64,000 bases of DNA, from the IMG/VR virus record IMGVR_UViG_3300020190_000007, positions 64,001 to 128,000 of that record. One strand, 5' to 3'. The translations under genes and the position numbers were made by a program. The notes under the pieces were generated by a model. It was not told the origin of the DNA, searched no databases, and saw only the letters and a list, made by a program, of their open reading frames with translations. Below, piece after piece: positions 18,828 through 29,183 of the stretch (position 1 is the first letter of the stretch; every line of letters starts with the position of its first letter). This DNA comes from a virus.

Positions 18828-19004
18828 ATGAAAAACTCCTCGAAAAATATAAAGGTTAGTGAAAATCATCATAAAATGTTAAAAGAACATTGCGATAAAA
18901 ATGGATTAAAAATTTACAAGGTTGTTCAAAAATGGATTGATGAGTTTTGTAAAACAGGAAAGGTGAATGATTCACCTAAGAAAAAAGACCTATACGGGGA
19001 TTAA
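18828..19004 (+). CDS. Ribbon-helix-helix DNA-binding protein, 58 aa (below the ORF-track cutoff)
   Basis: MKNSSKNIKVSENHHKMLKEHCDKNGLKIYKVVQKWIDEFCKTGKVNDSPKKKDLYGD shows beta strand, helix, G-turn, helix; TATTTATC upstream; divergent from the sheath gene. Confidence 0.7.
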   Translation: MKNSSKNIKVSENHHKMLKEHCDKNGLKIYKVVQKWIDEFCKTGKVNDSPKKKDLYGD

Positions 19005-19014
19005 TTGAATATTA

Positions 19015-20937
19015 TTAAGCACCATTTGTTGAAGACGGTGTTGGAGTAACAGATGGTGTAGGAGTAACACTTGGAGTAACAGATGGTGTTATCGATGCAC
19101 TTACTGATGGGGTAAGAGAACTTGTTGGGGTCACAGATGGCGTTGGGGATGGTGGGGTGACTAAATCAATTTGCAACGTATCATTATCACCGATACTTTG
19201 AGTTAAAATATATGTTTCAGTGTTCGGTGCATTACCGGTATATCCACTTATTAGGTGACCATTTTCATAAACACGTAGAACATATCCGGTTCCACCAGTA
19301 ATCGAGACAAACAAAAAATCACCAGCAACGCTTGAATTAATAAACGCGTTTTGACTTACCCCATATAAAATAGGAAATTCAAAGTTCCACATAGCCGAAA
19401 AACTACTACCAAAAGATGATATTACAGAACCATTAGTATTAGTATTTGTAAACAATAAATTTCTGAAAGGCGTGGGTGTTGGTGTTAATGTTGGAGTTGG
19501 GGTTGGGGTTAATGATGGAGTTAATGATGGTGTTGGTGTTATTGATGGTGTAATAGAAGGGGTAATTGTTGGTGTAACAGATGGTGTCATGGATGGTGTG
19601 GTAGATGGCGTTATCGACGGTGTGACTGAACTAGTTTGAGTTACAGAAGGTGTAATTGATGGTGTTGGTGTTATCGACGAACTTACTGATGGGGTAATAG
19701 AACTTGTTGGGGTTACTGACGGAGTTAATGATGGTGTTGGCGTTATCGACGAACTTACTGATGGGGTAATAGAACTTGTTGGGGTTACTGACGGAGTTAA
19801 TGATGGTGTTGGTGTCGGTGTTGGAGGTATCGTAAAAGTTGATTGGGTGATTACATCGTACCTATATTTTGTTTTTCCAATTGTATCGACTTCAATGGAA
19901 CCAAAAGTGTTTGTTTGTGTTAAATTACTAAATGTACCATCAATAGTATATTGAGTGGTTCCACTATATTGATTTGATTCAATAAAAATTTTCACTGGTA
20001 TACTTATAGAACTACCAGTAACCGTCGATAACGTATCTGTAAAAGATATTTCAACGGTTTTATCCACTTTTTTAGTTGATGTTGCAGTGTATTGTGCAAT
20101 GATTGAACCACTTGAGTAATTTGATGATATAGTTATTATATTTTCAGATTTATCGATTGATGGTATACTTCTTAAATCAGGTTCAATCATCGTTATACTT
20201 CTATTTACCGCTGGTGAAACTTCGAACTCCTCATCATCAATTAGAAACCCTAACATTGTAAATCCATAATTTTGAACGTAGAATCTTCTACCATCCAAGG
20301 TGTCCATTGGGGTATTATCTTCAATTCTATCTAACACGATTGGAATGTAGTGTCCTTTCACTCGGGTGTATCCCTGACGAGACGAAAACTTTTGTAAAAC
20401 CTTTTGATTGAATTTATTTATGTCTCTAAATTTTGTACAGACAATTGTTACATCAAAACTAATGTCAACCGCAATTGGTTGAGGGATTTTATAGATATCA
20501 GCACCCATTTGGTTTCCATCCCAAGTTGGAACCGAAGCGTAAAAGAAATCTCTTCTATCAGGGATGGTTCTTTGAATTGATGGATTAGTACCTAATTGAA
20601 CTTCAGGTTTTCTTACAACCGCGATAAACGGTAATTTAATATTTCCATCTTCATCACTAAAAGACCAATTATTGGTGTATTCACCCCACCTTTGAATTGT
20701 TAAAATTTTTGGAATCATAGGTATTTGGTCACCATCGGAAATTACTTTGAAATTTTCTTTCACAAATTCCAACATACCTAAATCAAGGTCGTCATGTAAT
20801 ATTGAATCAGGAAGGAATGTGTCAGATTTTATAATTTCTTCTAACAATTCTTTTCTTCTACCCATTATTGCAGGACCATCGGCGTTTTGGTTTGCGCCAT
20901 ATACTTTAATATCTTTTTTTCTTTTTGGTAATCCCAT
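19015..20937 (-). CDS. Tail terminator/completion-like protein (gp15-like) extended by beta domains and Pro/Thr/Ser-rich linkers
   Basis: KLPFIAVVR and [15 protein letters not shown] in the N-terminal part; between neck gene and sheath; long TPTPS tracts. Confidence 0.6.
   Translation of the reverse strand: MGLPKRKKDIKVYGANQNADGPAIMGRRKELLEEIIKSDTFLPDSILHDDLDLGMLEFVKENFKVISDGDQIPMIPKILTIQRWGEYTNNWSFSDEDGNIKLPFIAVVRKPEVQLGTNPSIQRTIPDRRDFFYASVPTWDGNQMGADIYKIPQPIAVDISFDVTIVCTKFRDINKFNQKVLQKFSSRQGYTRVKGHYIPIVLDRIEDNTPMDTLDGRRFYVQNYGFTMLGFLIDDEEFEVSPAVNRSITMIEPDLRSIPSIDKSENIITISSNYSSGSIIAQYTATSTKKVDKTVEISFTDTLSTVTGSSISIPVKIFIESNQYSGTTQYTIDGTFSNLTQTNTFGSIEVDTIGKTKYRYDVITQSTFTIPPTPTPTPSLTPSVTPTSSITPSVSSSITPTPSLTPSVTPTSSITPSVSSSITPTPSITPSVTQTSSVTPSITPSTTPSMTPSVTPTITPSITPSITPTPSLTPSLTPTPTPTLTPTPTPFRNLLFTNTNTNGSVISSFGSSFSAMWNFEFPILYGVSQNAFINSSVAGDFLFVSITGGTGYVLRVYENGHLISGYTGNAPNTETYILTQSIGDNDTLQIDLVTPPSPTPSVTPTSSLTPSVSASITPSVTPSVTPTPSVTPTPSSTNGA
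19470..19825 (-). repeat. TPTPS/TPSVT low-complexity tract including a 72-bp duplication
   Basis: [24 protein letters not shown] occurs twice, near-identical at DNA level (about 19670-19812). Confidence 0.85.
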
Positions 20938-20939
20938 AA

Positions 20940-21452
20940 TTAAATTCCTCTAAATTCAGATTCTTGGGCTATTGCACAAGTGATGGTTCTATAATGAGGT
21001 CTGAAACCAAACATATTATGTTTATTATCTGAAGTAACCTTTCCATCGTTTACTACCGTATAGTATCTAATTCTTTCTTCTGATTCGGGATATCCAATAA
21101 AGTCACCATATCTAATATCAATATCCATTTCTTCAAGATGTTTGATGTATACGGATACTGTCATATTACCAGGTTCCAAATATCTATTTACACCTTTAGT
21201 GTATGAATTATTTTTAGGTTCTTCAATTTTAACCAATCCAAAAAATTCAGTAGGTGGTAAAAATTTAATTTGGTCTTTACCCACCTCACCATAAACATCA
21301 TCTGTGTCGGTTTTTTGTCTATCTACCCTAAATAGAACTAATTTCATACCCAAATCACCATGCAAATATTCTTCACCTAACTGAACATTTAAATCAAAAT
21401 CAGTTTCAGAAAAGAACTTACTTAGCCTGGTTATTGGTAGTTTATTTTTCAT
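20940..21452 (-). CDS. Neck/head-closure protein (T4 gp14-like)
   Basis: [21 protein letters not shown]; position next to the tail terminator-like gene. Confidence 0.65.
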   Translation of the reverse strand: MKNKLPITRLSKFFSETDFDLNVQLGEEYLHGDLGMKLVLFRVDRQKTDTDDVYGEVGKDQIKFLPPTEFFGLVKIEEPKNNSYTKGVNRYLEPGNMTVSVYIKHLEEMDIDIRYGDFIGYPESEERIRYYTVVNDGKVTSDNKHNMFGFRPHYRTITCAIAQESEFRGI

Positions 21453-21505
21453 TTCTTATAAATAGTTCATTTATTGATTCTATTTTAGTATATTTAATTT
21501 ATTGT

Positions 21506-23260
21506 ATGCAGAGTCAGATTCCTGAGATAGAAGCGAGAAAAATTTTATCAACTTATCAAGGTTTTAATAACCAACTAATTGAGTGGAAAAGAAAATTATC
21601 CGAAGTGAGAGGTTTTCAGTTAACAAGACCTCAAGCCGATTATGTTTTAAAATACCATGATGTGGTCCCCCGAGTTGCAAAAAAATATATTAGTATTGTT
21701 GATGGGTTTGCGGACAAGTTGATGGAATCTAAATATCTAACAAAACCACCCGAAAAAATATGGTGTGAAAAGTTATTATGTGAAAGTGATATGGCGTATC
21801 ACATATGGGGTAAAATTTTTGAAAGTGAAAAAAATTCAGCTATGTGGGTTCCCAAATCTGCTATTATACAAGAAGAAAAAAAATTAAATAGAGTAGTTGA
21901 TTATTCCCCTTACGATAATAGACCTCCATTATCACATCAAAAAACGGCGATTGAAAAATTATTAGCCAACGACAAATATATTCTCGCTGATGATATGGGA
22001 TTAGGTAAAACGACTTCAGCGATTATTGCTTCGTTAGAAAGCGGCGCAAAAAAGATTTTAATAATATGTCCAGCGTCTCTAAAGATTAATTGGCAAAGAG
22101 AAATTGAAAATTACTCAGACAAGAAAACTTTAATTGTTGAGGGTCGTAAGTGGGGTTCAACATTTAATTACTACATTATTAATTATGATATTATAAAGAA
22201 CTATCATTCAACTGATACACATGAAATTGGTCAAGAAAATACCAATTTAATAACTAATGAAAAATTTGATTTAGTAATAGTAGATGAGGCTCACTATATA
22301 TCAAATACAAGTGCTCAGAGAACTAAATTAATAAATGACATGTTAAAAAATATACCAAAAGTTTGGTTACTAACAGGCACACCCATAACCTCTAAACCAA
22401 TCAATTATTATAATCTATTAAGAATTGTAAATTCAAATGTTACATTAAATTGGCAAGGTTATGTTAAGAGATATTGTGGTGGTTACCAATTTACAGTAAA
22501 CAAAAAAAAAATATGGAACACTAACGGTGCAACAAATTTAGATGAACTTAGGATGAGAACAAAAAATCTTGTTCTGAGAAGGATGAAAACAGACATTTTG
22601 GATTTACCTGATAAAATTATTACACCAATTTTCTTAGATTTAAAAAGCACTTATTACGATGAAGAACTTGAAGACTTTTTAAGAATTACAAGTGAGGCTA
22701 AAAACAAAGAATCATTATCGGTGACAATTAATCGTTTAATGAAAGTTAGACAGATAATTTCACAAGAAAAAATTAATTACACGTGTGAGATTATTGATAA
22801 GTGTTTAGAACAGGGTAAAAAAGTAATCGTGTTTACTAATTTTACAATGTCATTGAATACGATACACGAAAAATACAAAAAGAACTCGGTAGTTTTAGAT
22901 GGTAAAATGTCCAAAGATAAAAGACAACAATCAGTTGACCGTTTTCAAAGTGAGGATAAAGTTAAGGTATTTATTTCAAATATAGTTGCGGGAGGAGTTG
23001 GTATTACCTTAACATCTGCGGAGGTTGTAATTATGAATGACCTATCATTTGTGCCCGCACATCATAGCCAAGCGGAAGACAGAGCTTTTAGGTACGGACA
23101 GAAAAAAAATGTGTTAGTATACTATCCAATTTTTGAAAACACCATAGAAAAAATAGTTTATAATATGCTTCAAAAGAAAAAGAACATTATTGACCAAGTG
23201 ATGGGTGATGGTGATTATTCTGAAAGTTTTGCCCAATCAATTCTTAAAGAGATTCTTTAA
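21506..23260 (+). CDS. SNF2-family (SMARCAL1/HARP-like) helicase/translocase
   Basis: LADDMGLGKT, DEAH, LTGTP, GGVGITL, QAEDRAFRYGQ; likely start MQSQ at 21506. Confidence 0.92.
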   Translation: MQSQIPEIEARKILSTYQGFNNQLIEWKRKLSEVRGFQLTRPQADYVLKYHDVVPRVAKKYISIVDGFADKLMESKYLTKPPEKIWCEKLLCESDMAYHIWGKIFESEKNSAMWVPKSAIIQEEKKLNRVVDYSPYDNRPPLSHQKTAIEKLLANDKYILADDMGLGKTTSAIIASLESGAKKILIICPASLKINWQREIENYSDKKTLIVEGRKWGSTFNYYIINYDIIKNYHSTDTHEIGQENTNLITNEKFDLVIVDEAHYISNTSAQRTKLINDMLKNIPKVWLLTGTPITSKPINYYNLLRIVNSNVTLNWQGYVKRYCGGYQFTVNKKKIWNTNGATNLDELRMRTKNLVLRRMKTDILDLPDKIITPIFLDLKSTYYDEELEDFLRITSEAKNKESLSVTINRLMKVRQIISQEKINYTCEIIDKCLEQGKKVIVFTNFTMSLNTIHEKYKKNSVVLDGKMSKDKRQQSVDRFQSEDKVKVFISNIVAGGVGITLTSAEVVIMNDLSFVPAHHSQAEDRAFRYGQKKNVLVYYPIFENTIEKIVYNMLQKKKNIIDQVMGDGDYSESFAQSILKEIL

Positions 23261-24385
23261 GGTATTTGTCATAAAGTCAATATCTTCTTTTTTCTGAGAA
23301 ATACTATTAATTATTTCAATCCATGTATCGTGAATTTTATTGATATCAAAATTTTCGACACTTGAAGGTAAACTCACACAAACTTTTCTTTCTTCTTCTA
23401 TAAAATTTAAGTTTGTGTTTTCAGAAACTTCAAGAGAAAACTCTACATCGTTTTTTGAACAATACATAAAAAACTCAAAGAAAATTTTTGAGTTAAAAAC
23501 ATCATCAATTTTTTCTTCCATAAGTACATTATTTTTGTTATATGTATACCAACCATTTAATTCGGGTATAATTGTATCTTCTTTAAGATGTAAAAAAACC
23601 ATTCTCGTTGGGCTCACAGTATGAAATCTAAAATCATAGTTCAATGATACCAAAACCAAAAAATCAATGTTTTTACCAATGTAGTCCTTTACATCTATTA
23701 TGTTTTTAAAACTATCACCTTGAAATTTAACAACCTTACTTTGAATCCTTTTTACTTTTGTGTCATCCTTATTATTCACCGTGAACAAATCACAACCATT
23801 AATCATATCTATCAAAGAACCTCTATATAAAGATGTCCTGTAAATATTCACCGATTTTACATTTTTTTTAAAATAGTACTCAATACATAATTCTGCAAAC
23901 GTACCTATTCCCATAGTTTTCGATGCGATGTTAAAAAGTTCATATAAAAAATCATTTATCCCAATAATTTTATGGTCAATTAATATACGGTCTTTGTATT
24001 CTCTAAACCATTTAAAATAGTTAATTATTTCTTCTTCAACTGATAAACTATCATCAAAAGTGATATCCCTTAATGGTTTTCCATTTAGGTTATTAATTCC
24101 TTTAAAAAAATAATCCTGAAAAATCCATTCATTTAATTTTTCAATTATTTTTATATTGATAAGATAGTTTGTGTTAAACTGATTCACGGGTGACCAAGAA
24201 CCTTTAGGGGTTAATACACCATAAGTTCCATTTTTTTGACAAAAACCATATTGATTTTTATTAAAATAACATTCTTTAAAAACCTCTCTCCACTCACTCA
24301 AAAAAAGGTCCTTAGTGGGTCCCTTTATTGTGCAAATCTTTTTTATATGATTTTCAATGTTTTTTGAGATTTCAGCAGAATACAT
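23237..24385 (-). CDS. Putative PD-(D/E)xK nuclease-domain protein
   Basis: GTFAELCIEYYF...IDMINGCDLF...IQSK pattern; TATATTTG promoter at 24405-24412. Confidence 0.45.
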   Translation of the reverse strand: MYSAEISKNIENHIKKICTIKGPTKDLFLSEWREVFKECYFNKNQYGFCQKNGTYGVLTPKGSWSPVNQFNTNYLINIKIIEKLNEWIFQDYFFKGINNLNGKPLRDITFDDSLSVEEEIINYFKWFREYKDRILIDHKIIGINDFLYELFNIASKTMGIGTFAELCIEYYFKKNVKSVNIYRTSLYRGSLIDMINGCDLFTVNNKDDTKVKRIQSKVVKFQGDSFKNIIDVKDYIGKNIDFLVLVSLNYDFRFHTVSPTRMVFLHLKEDTIIPELNGWYTYNKNNVLMEEKIDDVFNSKIFFEFFMYCSKNDVEFSLEVSENTNLNFIEEERKVCVSLPSSVENFDINKIHDTWIEIINSISQKKEDIDFMTNTLKNLFKN

Positions 24386-24439
24386 GTCATTTAAAATATT
24401 AAAACAAATATAAAGATATTTATTGATAAATAAAAATCA

Positions 24440-25558
24440 ATGTCAACCACTGTAATTTCAAATACTGAAAAACAAAAATTGTACTCGCAAGTCTTTCACT
24501 TGTTAGGTCTACCAGTTAGAGGTGTGGAACTAACGGAGGAACAGATGGACACTTTTTTGGAATTATCCGTGTCTGAGTATGAACAATACGTAAGTGATTG
24601 GTTAATTGAATCACAATGGTCAGCGCTTGCGGGTCTTAACGTTGATACACAATCATTGTCGCGAGCGTTTACAACAAGAAGTTTAGATTATGAAACACAA
24701 TACACCCATTCTTATTCCAAGATTGTTGGATTACAGACGGGAGGTAATAGTGAATTAAAAAAAGATTACATTTCATTGTCCGCAAATACACAAACTTATG
24801 TAGTACCGGCCGGTAGAGAAATTAACGAGTTGCTATGGTTCTCAAGGGCAGAATTGACCGACTCTATTGTTGACCCGTTTTTAGGTGGTTTTGGTGGTCT
24901 TGGAGGTGTGGCTTTTGGTGGTGTTGGTGGATTTGCACAACAAGGCGCGTCTGGCTCATATTTCTTATTACCCGCTTATGATTTACTTTTAAGAATGGGT
25001 GATAGAAATATTAAAAATCGTTTAATAGGTGGCGACTTAACATATAGAATTACAGCAGGACCTAACGGAACGAAAATAGTTCACTTATATAACGTACCGG
25101 GTGGCAGATTTGATTTTGGTTCAATTCAAAATAATAGACAAAAAGTTTGGTATTGGTATTATGACACTACAGACCCTGATACGTGTTTAGATAAAAATAG
25201 TGGTATAGTAAAATTACCATCAGATGTAGAAACCGAAGAACTAACTTGGGATATGTTAAATAAACCTGCACAAAACTGGGTTAGAAAATACTTGATTGCA
25301 TATTCTAAAGAGGGTTTAGGTAGGATATATGGTAAATTTTCAGGTGATTTACAAGTGCCCGATAGCTCGGTAAAATTAGATTATTCAAGTCTGCTCCAAG
25401 AAGGTAAAGACGAAAAATTAAAACTGATAGAGGAATTAATGAATCGTTTAGAAAGACTAAGACCCGACAAATTATTGGAAAGAAAAGGTATGGAAGCTGA
25501 AAACATAAACAAAGCTCTTAAATACAGACCTTTCCAATCACCATTTAACGTTATATAA
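24440..25558 (+). CDS. Neck protein / head-tail adaptor (T4 gp13-like)
   Basis: LLGLPVRGVELTEEQM, WVRKYLIAYSKEGLGRIYGKFSG..PDSSVKLDYSSLLQEG. Confidence 0.8.
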   Translation: MSTTVISNTEKQKLYSQVFHLLGLPVRGVELTEEQMDTFLELSVSEYEQYVSDWLIESQWSALAGLNVDTQSLSRAFTTRSLDYETQYTHSYSKIVGLQTGGNSELKKDYISLSANTQTYVVPAGREINELLWFSRAELTDSIVDPFLGGFGGLGGVAFGGVGGFAQQGASGSYFLLPAYDLLLRMGDRNIKNRLIGGDLTYRITAGPNGTKIVHLYNVPGGRFDFGSIQNNRQKVWYWYYDTTDPDTCLDKNSGIVKLPSDVETEELTWDMLNKPAQNWVRKYLIAYSKEGLGRIYGKFSGDLQVPDSSVKLDYSSLLQEGKDEKLKLIEELMNRLERLRPDKLLERKGMEAENINKALKYRPFQSPFNVI

Positions 25559-25559
25559 T

Positions 25560-28457
25560 TCAGATATTAGTTGCGTGGTAAGCGAAATCGTTACCATTTG
25601 TTTGTATTATTTCGTCTTCATTACTCCTAATACTTTCGGCTTGAAGAGAAACTACCTTTCTATTTAAATCAACCCAATATGGGTCAGCAAGATTTAAACT
25701 ATCTTCTACATACATAAAAAATGGGTCCTTATTTACTCTATTCCAAAACAAAACTTCACTGTCAGAAAGAGTCATGACATCATCGTATTTGTCTTGGCCA
25801 TCTTCTTTTAATGGGAATCCACCCACTAATTCACATTGTGTTCTGGTAAAATACTGTCTATCCTCAGGTTTTTCAACCAAAATATCGTGACGTATTTCAG
25901 GTTTAAAGACAACTAAAAGTGTTTCGATTCTTTTGTTAAAATTGGTCAAATATCTAGACACATTATAATTTCCCGTCATATCTGGATTGTCAGATAATTC
26001 TTTTTCAGAAATCATATAACAATTGATTTGAATGTAATTATCTGGCATTGGTTTACCATTTTGTTGAGTAAACTCTTCCTGTTGTTTTTTACTTGGTTTA
26101 GTTATCTTTTGCACATCGCCATCAGATTTATTCTGACCATTATTAATATAATAAATTGTCTCACCAAGAGTTGCGGGGTAGTTATTTTTAATAACCAATT
26201 CCATATGTGCTTGACGAGACATTAATGACCCCGCTTTTGTTGTTTTCTTGATGTGTTTCTTATAATCCTCTACCGATTGTTTAACACGAGATTTGTTAGC
26301 CATTTTAGACAATGGTATTTTTTTATCATAAATTTCTTGAACATATTTGTAATAAAGTTCAACAAAAGACAATCCATCACCATTTAATAAATGTTTTAAA
26401 CCCTCATCCAAAAATTCAACAACATACTGTTGTAGTTTTTTTGATTTAATCGTATTTCCGGTTAATTTAATCTTCTCTTTTCCCTTCTTAATAATTTTGA
26501 TGATGTAGTTTTTTCTTGATACATTAATACAAGCCGGTGCGGTGTAATCAATATCAAGACCCATTTCATTTCTCATAAATGTATCATTAAATTCTGCGGT
26601 GTCGGCTTCAATACCCACATATTCTATACCATCTTGTACTAATTCATTTAAACCTTTACCAACGTAAATGTGGGTATCAACATCATCAGGAGTAGAAAAA
26701 TTTACTCCGTCCGTATCCATAACCAATGGAACATAACCTTTTTTCTCAAAAAACATAATCATCATACGGAGACATTGACGGCCAGTACAAGTAATTGTTT
26801 CACCCATATTCATATCGCCCCACGGAAATACTTGAGGAGCCGATAATGAACCAAAATATGCATTAATGAAAATTTTAATTGGTAATTGTTTACGGTCATA
26901 CATTTCGGCCTCATCTGGATTTGATTTTGATAATTGACTTGCGAGTCTTTTGTATTTGATACGAATGTTTCGGAAATACTTTAACATTGATTTCTGAACA
27001 CCCATAACATCACACTCAGGAAAAACATCATAAACCAATTGAATTGATGGATAAAGTGAAGCATAGTCAAACTTCACAATATTCTTAGAGTATCCAACAT
27101 TCAATAGTCTTGAAAGACCCCCTGTGATTGCTCTTTTCTCATCTTTAGTAGGAATTGCTAACCCATTTTCATACGACCACGCTAACATGATAATTTTCCA
27201 AAGAGTCGCTGTACCCATGGTTGCAATTCTTTCATAAGTGGTTGGTACCAATTTAGATAGTAAAAATGTTGATTGTGAAAATGAATCATCAACAATCATT
27301 GTTTCATATAAGTCATCGTCAAGATATTGTTCCACAATTCTTTGACCGGGCCATATTTCATACTTATTTGGGTACTTGTCCAATAAGTTTTCGGTACCAA
27401 GTTCACCAATTCTTTTATATTTACCTGTTTTAGGATTAACGTAATAACTATGGTTTTCTAAATATATTTTGGAAATGAACGCACCATCAACATACACTCT
27501 ATTAGGTTTTTCTTTCTCTAAATACTGAGTGATATATTTCAATCCCCAAGATTTAATTTCTGAATTGATTGCTTGGGCTCTTCTAACCGCGTGTGAGATG
27601 TCTACAATATTGTGACCCCAAATCACGTGTTGTGTATAAGGTTCAATTTCGTTTGCTAATTTAAGTAGACCCTCTTTTTGTTTAATACCATCAGATGTCA
27701 ATATTGAAGTACACTCAACAATGTCAACACCTAAAATTTCCGCTCTTTTAAGTATAAATGGAAAGTCAAATGATGCTGAGTTATAACCACCAATAATTGT
27801 TGGTTTCAATTCTTTTATGATTTCAAAAAACTCCTCAATACATTTCTTTTCACCATCAGGACCAAAAGCGGAGATTGTTTTTTGTAAACCACGATTGTCT
27901 TTAACTCCAATAAGAATTATCTCATTAGTTATTGGTTCAAGACCAGTGGTCTCAATATCAAATACAAATCTGTGTACACCCGAGTAATCATCAATACCCT
28001 TGAAAAGTCTTTTTTTCTTTTGAATTAGATATTGTTCAACAGGAGACAATATAGTAAATAGATGTTTAAACTTATCACCCCATGGGTCAACTCCACCCTG
28101 TTTGAAAAAATTGATTAGTTCTCGGTATCCTTTTAAACTCTTTATCAAATAGTTTTGACCATTTTCGAGCCTTTCGTTACCGTAAGTCTTAAGTTTATCA
28201 ATAATAATCCCATATTCACCCATTTTTTTCTTTTGAGTGGATTTACTACCTTGATAAAAATTACAAGAACTTAAATCGCCAACCCAAAGGAATGGCGTGA
28301 AAGAATCTGGTTTAACCAATTTACCCCTTTCAGGGTCTTGAATAATTTTGTAAATTTTGTTGTTTTGATAATCGTATTCAACCCCAACAATAAATTCTTC
28401 AGGGTCCCACCCGTTTAAAAAGTTCTCGATTACCTCTTGAGAAATAACTTCTGACAT
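25560..28457 (-). CDS. polB: Family B DNA polymerase
   Basis: Exo DIETTG, GYNSASFD, YLDDD; polymerase DYASLYPS, KIFINAYFG, MDTDG. Confidence 0.95.
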   Translation of the reverse strand: MSEVISQEVIENFLNGWDPEEFIVGVEYDYQNNKIYKIIQDPERGKLVKPDSFTPFLWVGDLSSCNFYQGSKSTQKKKMGEYGIIIDKLKTYGNERLENGQNYLIKSLKGYRELINFFKQGGVDPWGDKFKHLFTILSPVEQYLIQKKKRLFKGIDDYSGVHRFVFDIETTGLEPITNEIILIGVKDNRGLQKTISAFGPDGEKKCIEEFFEIIKELKPTIIGGYNSASFDFPFILKRAEILGVDIVECTSILTSDGIKQKEGLLKLANEIEPYTQHVIWGHNIVDISHAVRRAQAINSEIKSWGLKYITQYLEKEKPNRVYVDGAFISKIYLENHSYYVNPKTGKYKRIGELGTENLLDKYPNKYEIWPGQRIVEQYLDDDLYETMIVDDSFSQSTFLLSKLVPTTYERIATMGTATLWKIIMLAWSYENGLAIPTKDEKRAITGGLSRLLNVGYSKNIVKFDYASLYPSIQLVYDVFPECDVMGVQKSMLKYFRNIRIKYKRLASQLSKSNPDEAEMYDRKQLPIKIFINAYFGSLSAPQVFPWGDMNMGETITCTGRQCLRMMIMFFEKKGYVPLVMDTDGVNFSTPDDVDTHIYVGKGLNELVQDGIEYVGIEADTAEFNDTFMRNEMGLDIDYTAPACINVSRKNYIIKIIKKGKEKIKLTGNTIKSKKLQQYVVEFLDEGLKHLLNGDGLSFVELYYKYVQEIYDKKIPLSKMANKSRVKQSVEDYKKHIKKTTKAGSLMSRQAHMELVIKNNYPATLGETIYYINNGQNKSDGDVQKITKPSKKQQEEFTQQNGKPMPDNYIQINCYMISEKELSDNPDMTGNYNVSRYLTNFNKRIETLLVVFKPEIRHDILVEKPEDRQYFTRTQCELVGGFPLKEDGQDKYDDVMTLSDSEVLFWNRVNKDPFFMYVEDSLNLADPYWVDLNRKVVSLQAESIRSNEDEIIQTNGNDFAYHATNI

Positions 28458-28487
28458 ATCATATAAATTTGTTTTGACACATTTGCT

Positions 28488-28526
28488 TACAACAAAATGT
28501 TGTAGTTTGTCTTACTAACAAATATA
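28488..28526 (-). promoter_or_regulatory. Bacteroidota-type -7 promoter (TATATTTG, 28519-28526) and 5'-UTR hairpin of the polymerase gene
   Basis: TAnnTTTG match; TACAACA-TTT-TGTTGTA hairpin at 28488-28504. Confidence 0.6.
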
Positions 28527-28544
28527 CGAAACTTTTCTCACATC

Positions 28545-28913
28545 TTAAAAAATGGTAATAAATAGTTTTTCTTTAACGGGAAGTATCAGTTTTGTGGTTG
28601 GATTTAAACTTGTATTTAAAAATTGAACGGTTATTTTACCTTCGTATTTACCAACTATAGCGGTTTGAGATTCGGTAAATTGATGAGTGATATAATATTC
28701 GTCGGTCGTTTGATTGTATTTTTTATCTCTTGTTGTAATCAAACATGTGGAGTTCAATATCTCGGGTTCACCCGTTTCCACATCGTACATATCAAAAGTA
28801 ATGTCACAACTTTCTAACATGTCATTAAATCCTGACTTATCATTTTTTCCATCATCAATAAGTCTCATTTTTAAAATTGGTTGCGACGCTCCCTGTCTTA
28901 TAAAAAATTCCAT
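28545..28913 (-). CDS. Small Ig-like virion protein (BppU N-terminal-like)
   Basis: FFIRQGASQPILKMRL...TAIVGKYEGKITVQF...LILP; TATTTATA upstream. Confidence 0.55.
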   Translation of the reverse strand: MEFFIRQGASQPILKMRLIDDGKNDKSGFNDMLESCDITFDMYDVETGEPEILNSTCLITTRDKKYNQTTDEYYITHQFTESQTAIVGKYEGKITVQFLNTSLNPTTKLILPVKEKLFITIF

Positions 28914-28997
28914 ATTTTATAAATATTTTAAAATTAGTAAATTATTATTATTTAACAGATTCAACTTCAGAACAACAAAATGCACTAATAGGGCCGA

Positions 28998-29180
28998 TTA
29001 CTTATAGTGGTTGTATAATGTACTACTAGCTCTTCTGTTTGAAATTGGTGTGGGATATCTACCTGAAACAGGTTTGTTCGCACCACTATAAGTCTTACTT
29101 GGTCGTGGCATGTTAATCTGAGCCTTCATTTGTTTTTGAAGGTACTCAGCAATATCCAACATCATTCCATCAACCGCCAT
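28998..29180 (-). pseudogene. Short ORF, possibly a truncated virion morphogenesis gene
   Basis: 60 aa starting 3 nt after the upstream gene and ending just after ASSTLYN. Confidence 0.3.
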
Positions 29181-29183
29181 AGA

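Noticed and set aside
21434-21505. N-terminal extensions given by the ORF track for the helicase (also 36951 PhoH, 46683 and 14198)
   Set aside because: They overlap neighbouring genes or promoter motifs; downstream starts at 21506, 37038, 46728 and 14159 fit better
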